A stretch of DNA of 62,489 nucleotides, filler included, from Asterionella formosa (taxonomy: Eukaryota), in NCBI GenBank assembly GCA_002256025.1. It is 15 parts of 15 records of this genome, joined end to end, with 100 filler letters (N's around TTAATTAATTAA, not from the genome) between each part and the next. Parts side by side here need not be neighbours in the genome. Positions count along the whole stretch, not along the records: positions 58,426 to 62,489 come from NKIB01013743.1; 14 more parts are not named here. The stretch is one strand, 5' to 3'. The translations under genes and the position numbers were made by a program. The notes under the pieces are model-generated. The model was given only the letters and a program-made list of their open reading frames with translations, did not search any database and was not told the origin of the DNA. Positions 61,401 through 62,489 of this stretch are shown here, in pieces (the first letter of the stretch is position 1; every line of letters begins with the position of its first letter).

Positions 61401-62489
61401 CCTTACCTACTCCTAGCACGTGACCACGTACAATCTCCTTACCTACTCCTAGCACGTGACAAGACAAGGCCATGGAAAGGGCGACTTTAGTCGTCATAAA
61501 TGCGAGCGTGGGTACACAGCTATGGGTAATTTTGGCTTTACTAGGCCGAATCCGAGACCGGTATGCTGGTCTCGGCACCCATTTTTAGGCCATAGCAGTT
61601 GTGTTGGTTGGGTTGGGTAGGTGCATGGTGGCGATTTCCTGAAGGAGCTGGTAATCGCCGCCCGCCAGCATGAGTTGAGAGAGGCCCGCCATAACAGGCA
61701 GGACGGGTCTCGACATGGAGGTAACAGATTATAGCATCAAAGCGATAGCGCCCAATTAGCTTGATGAGTAGGCCGTTCACTCCCCTGGAAAACAGATGCC
61801 AGTTTGTCGCCCCATTTGATCATCCATATAATGATTCCACCAAAACATTTATTTGATTACACTTCTACAATGAAGGAGATCCAGGAGACCCCAACGGATT
61901 CCTTGCTTTCTTATGCCAACCTTCCTGAACATTGCCAGTTTCCCACCAATGTTGTCTGCGAATTTTTCGCCCTTCCACATCTCGGAATCGGAGATTGTAT
62001 GATAACAATGCTCTCTGTTCATCATTGCATCTTTAACAGAGCGGCCTATCAGAAATTCATGTATGAAGTGGGAGGGATAGTGTGACTGGATATCATTGCT
62101 GGCAGGATTTTTGACAAGGAGGGAACCAAGATGTTGTTGTCACAGGCATTTTGTACTGTCTGTGATTGCTCTTGGCTCCTTCTTGTTCTAGCATTTCCAT
62201 CAATCTCTTTTTCAACTATTTTTAAAGAAATCATTAATGGCATCAGAATATGATCTTATGCTTTTTCTCAATTTGATATCAGGACAACATACAGTATCAG
62301 AAACTACACCAATATTTTACTTAGTAATAAGTGGTCAATCTATTGACATCATCCTTTGTTTCTCCTACTTTAGTATCATGGCTATACTGGAATAGCAAGG
62401 ATTTCAGAAAAAGTGTGACGTTTTTGACTACCAGTACTGGTAGTTTGAGTCATGGTGGTTACATCCTTGTTTGTCTTTTTGATCAAGCA
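58426..62489 (-). repeat. Reverse-complement copy of 8359-12437
   Basis: Same ORFs and repeats mirrored; 46-bp IRs span 59333-60872. Confidence 0.97.
59576..60733 (-). CDS. Second copy of the hypothetical protein (385 aa)
   Basis: Differs from 10133-11287 by one extra E, S>L and E>K. Confidence 0.7.
   Translation of the reverse strand: MNRKTKGKHLDKEDRYEKPQIDMTTKPAIDAATTLTALSARRFNPIPQKRAFITKTPRIQRALRSDGPVQTPESLKKIPGEKRKFRPDPAEADSGSLKVAPSKEEEEEEEGVPVLREELKAIRSDMAQMMGVLMGAMSNFQPQCQDELQTLTEAVLSHESKATVGPTQQLFEPALCPVCQVQLNFLSAAADLQLPFKAGVAKAMMTHSCRWHREAPVWNALPKLDLDMRSLHGRSKPTTATVLGLVSYSLASLARAIRLPKTDGWIDRWNDVKNKIIYRIGYAQRLCSECPIYLRGRTNFLGATGETLTAQQLWLKNKAAKYLDNLCINTESSPPSEHWYSITTAARKRNLVQIFFLDAQFHRECRLLPPETLPPSEHFRINRSI

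Noticed and set aside
61630..61795. Hammerhead ribozyme (CTGAAGGA; TTGATGAG...GGAAA)
   Set aside because: The core is not CUGANGA...GAAA with correctly paired stems.
8359..62489. Contigs 3 and 15 as giant terminal inverted repeats of a 54-kb element
   Set aside because: They are separate size-sorted contigs, so position and orientation are arbitrary. The DNA between is unrelated host genes.

Overview
This window is not continuous DNA. It is 15 unplaced contigs of about 4.07 kb, in near-descending size order, joined by 100-nt spacers (N44-TTAATTAATTAA-N44). Contigs: 1-4079, 4180-8258, 8359-12437, 12538-16615, 16716-20795, 20896-24968, 25069-29141, 29242-33313, 33414-37485, 37586-41655, 41756-45825, 45926-49992, 50093-54159, 54260-58325, 58426-62489. 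Adjacency across a spacer carries no biological meaning. The source is a eukaryote, very probably a diatom: short GT-AG introns, ASAFAP-like bipartite plastid presequences, diatom-type LRR proteins and LTR elements. Recognisable host genes: XRN1, a heme peroxidase-like gene, RABGGTA, a zf-CW gene end, PCMT, MsrA, PhoD, a RoxA/YcfD JmjC oxygenase, an M11 gametolysin, an LRR membrane protein, a PA-TM-RING ligase, Rei1/ZNF622 and a CCA-adding enzyme. The rest is rich in transposon debris. Best novelty candidate: a ~238-nt rod-like fold at 43384-43621 with 13 G-U wobbles on one strand and repeated CGAGAAGG loop motifs, whose basal stem is the sharp terminus of a dispersed repeat family. Second candidate: an orphan 384-aa ORF bracketed by 46-bp inverted repeats next to a foldback with telomere-like repeats, present as two near-identical contigs. 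All alignments and folds were made by eye; no database was searched.
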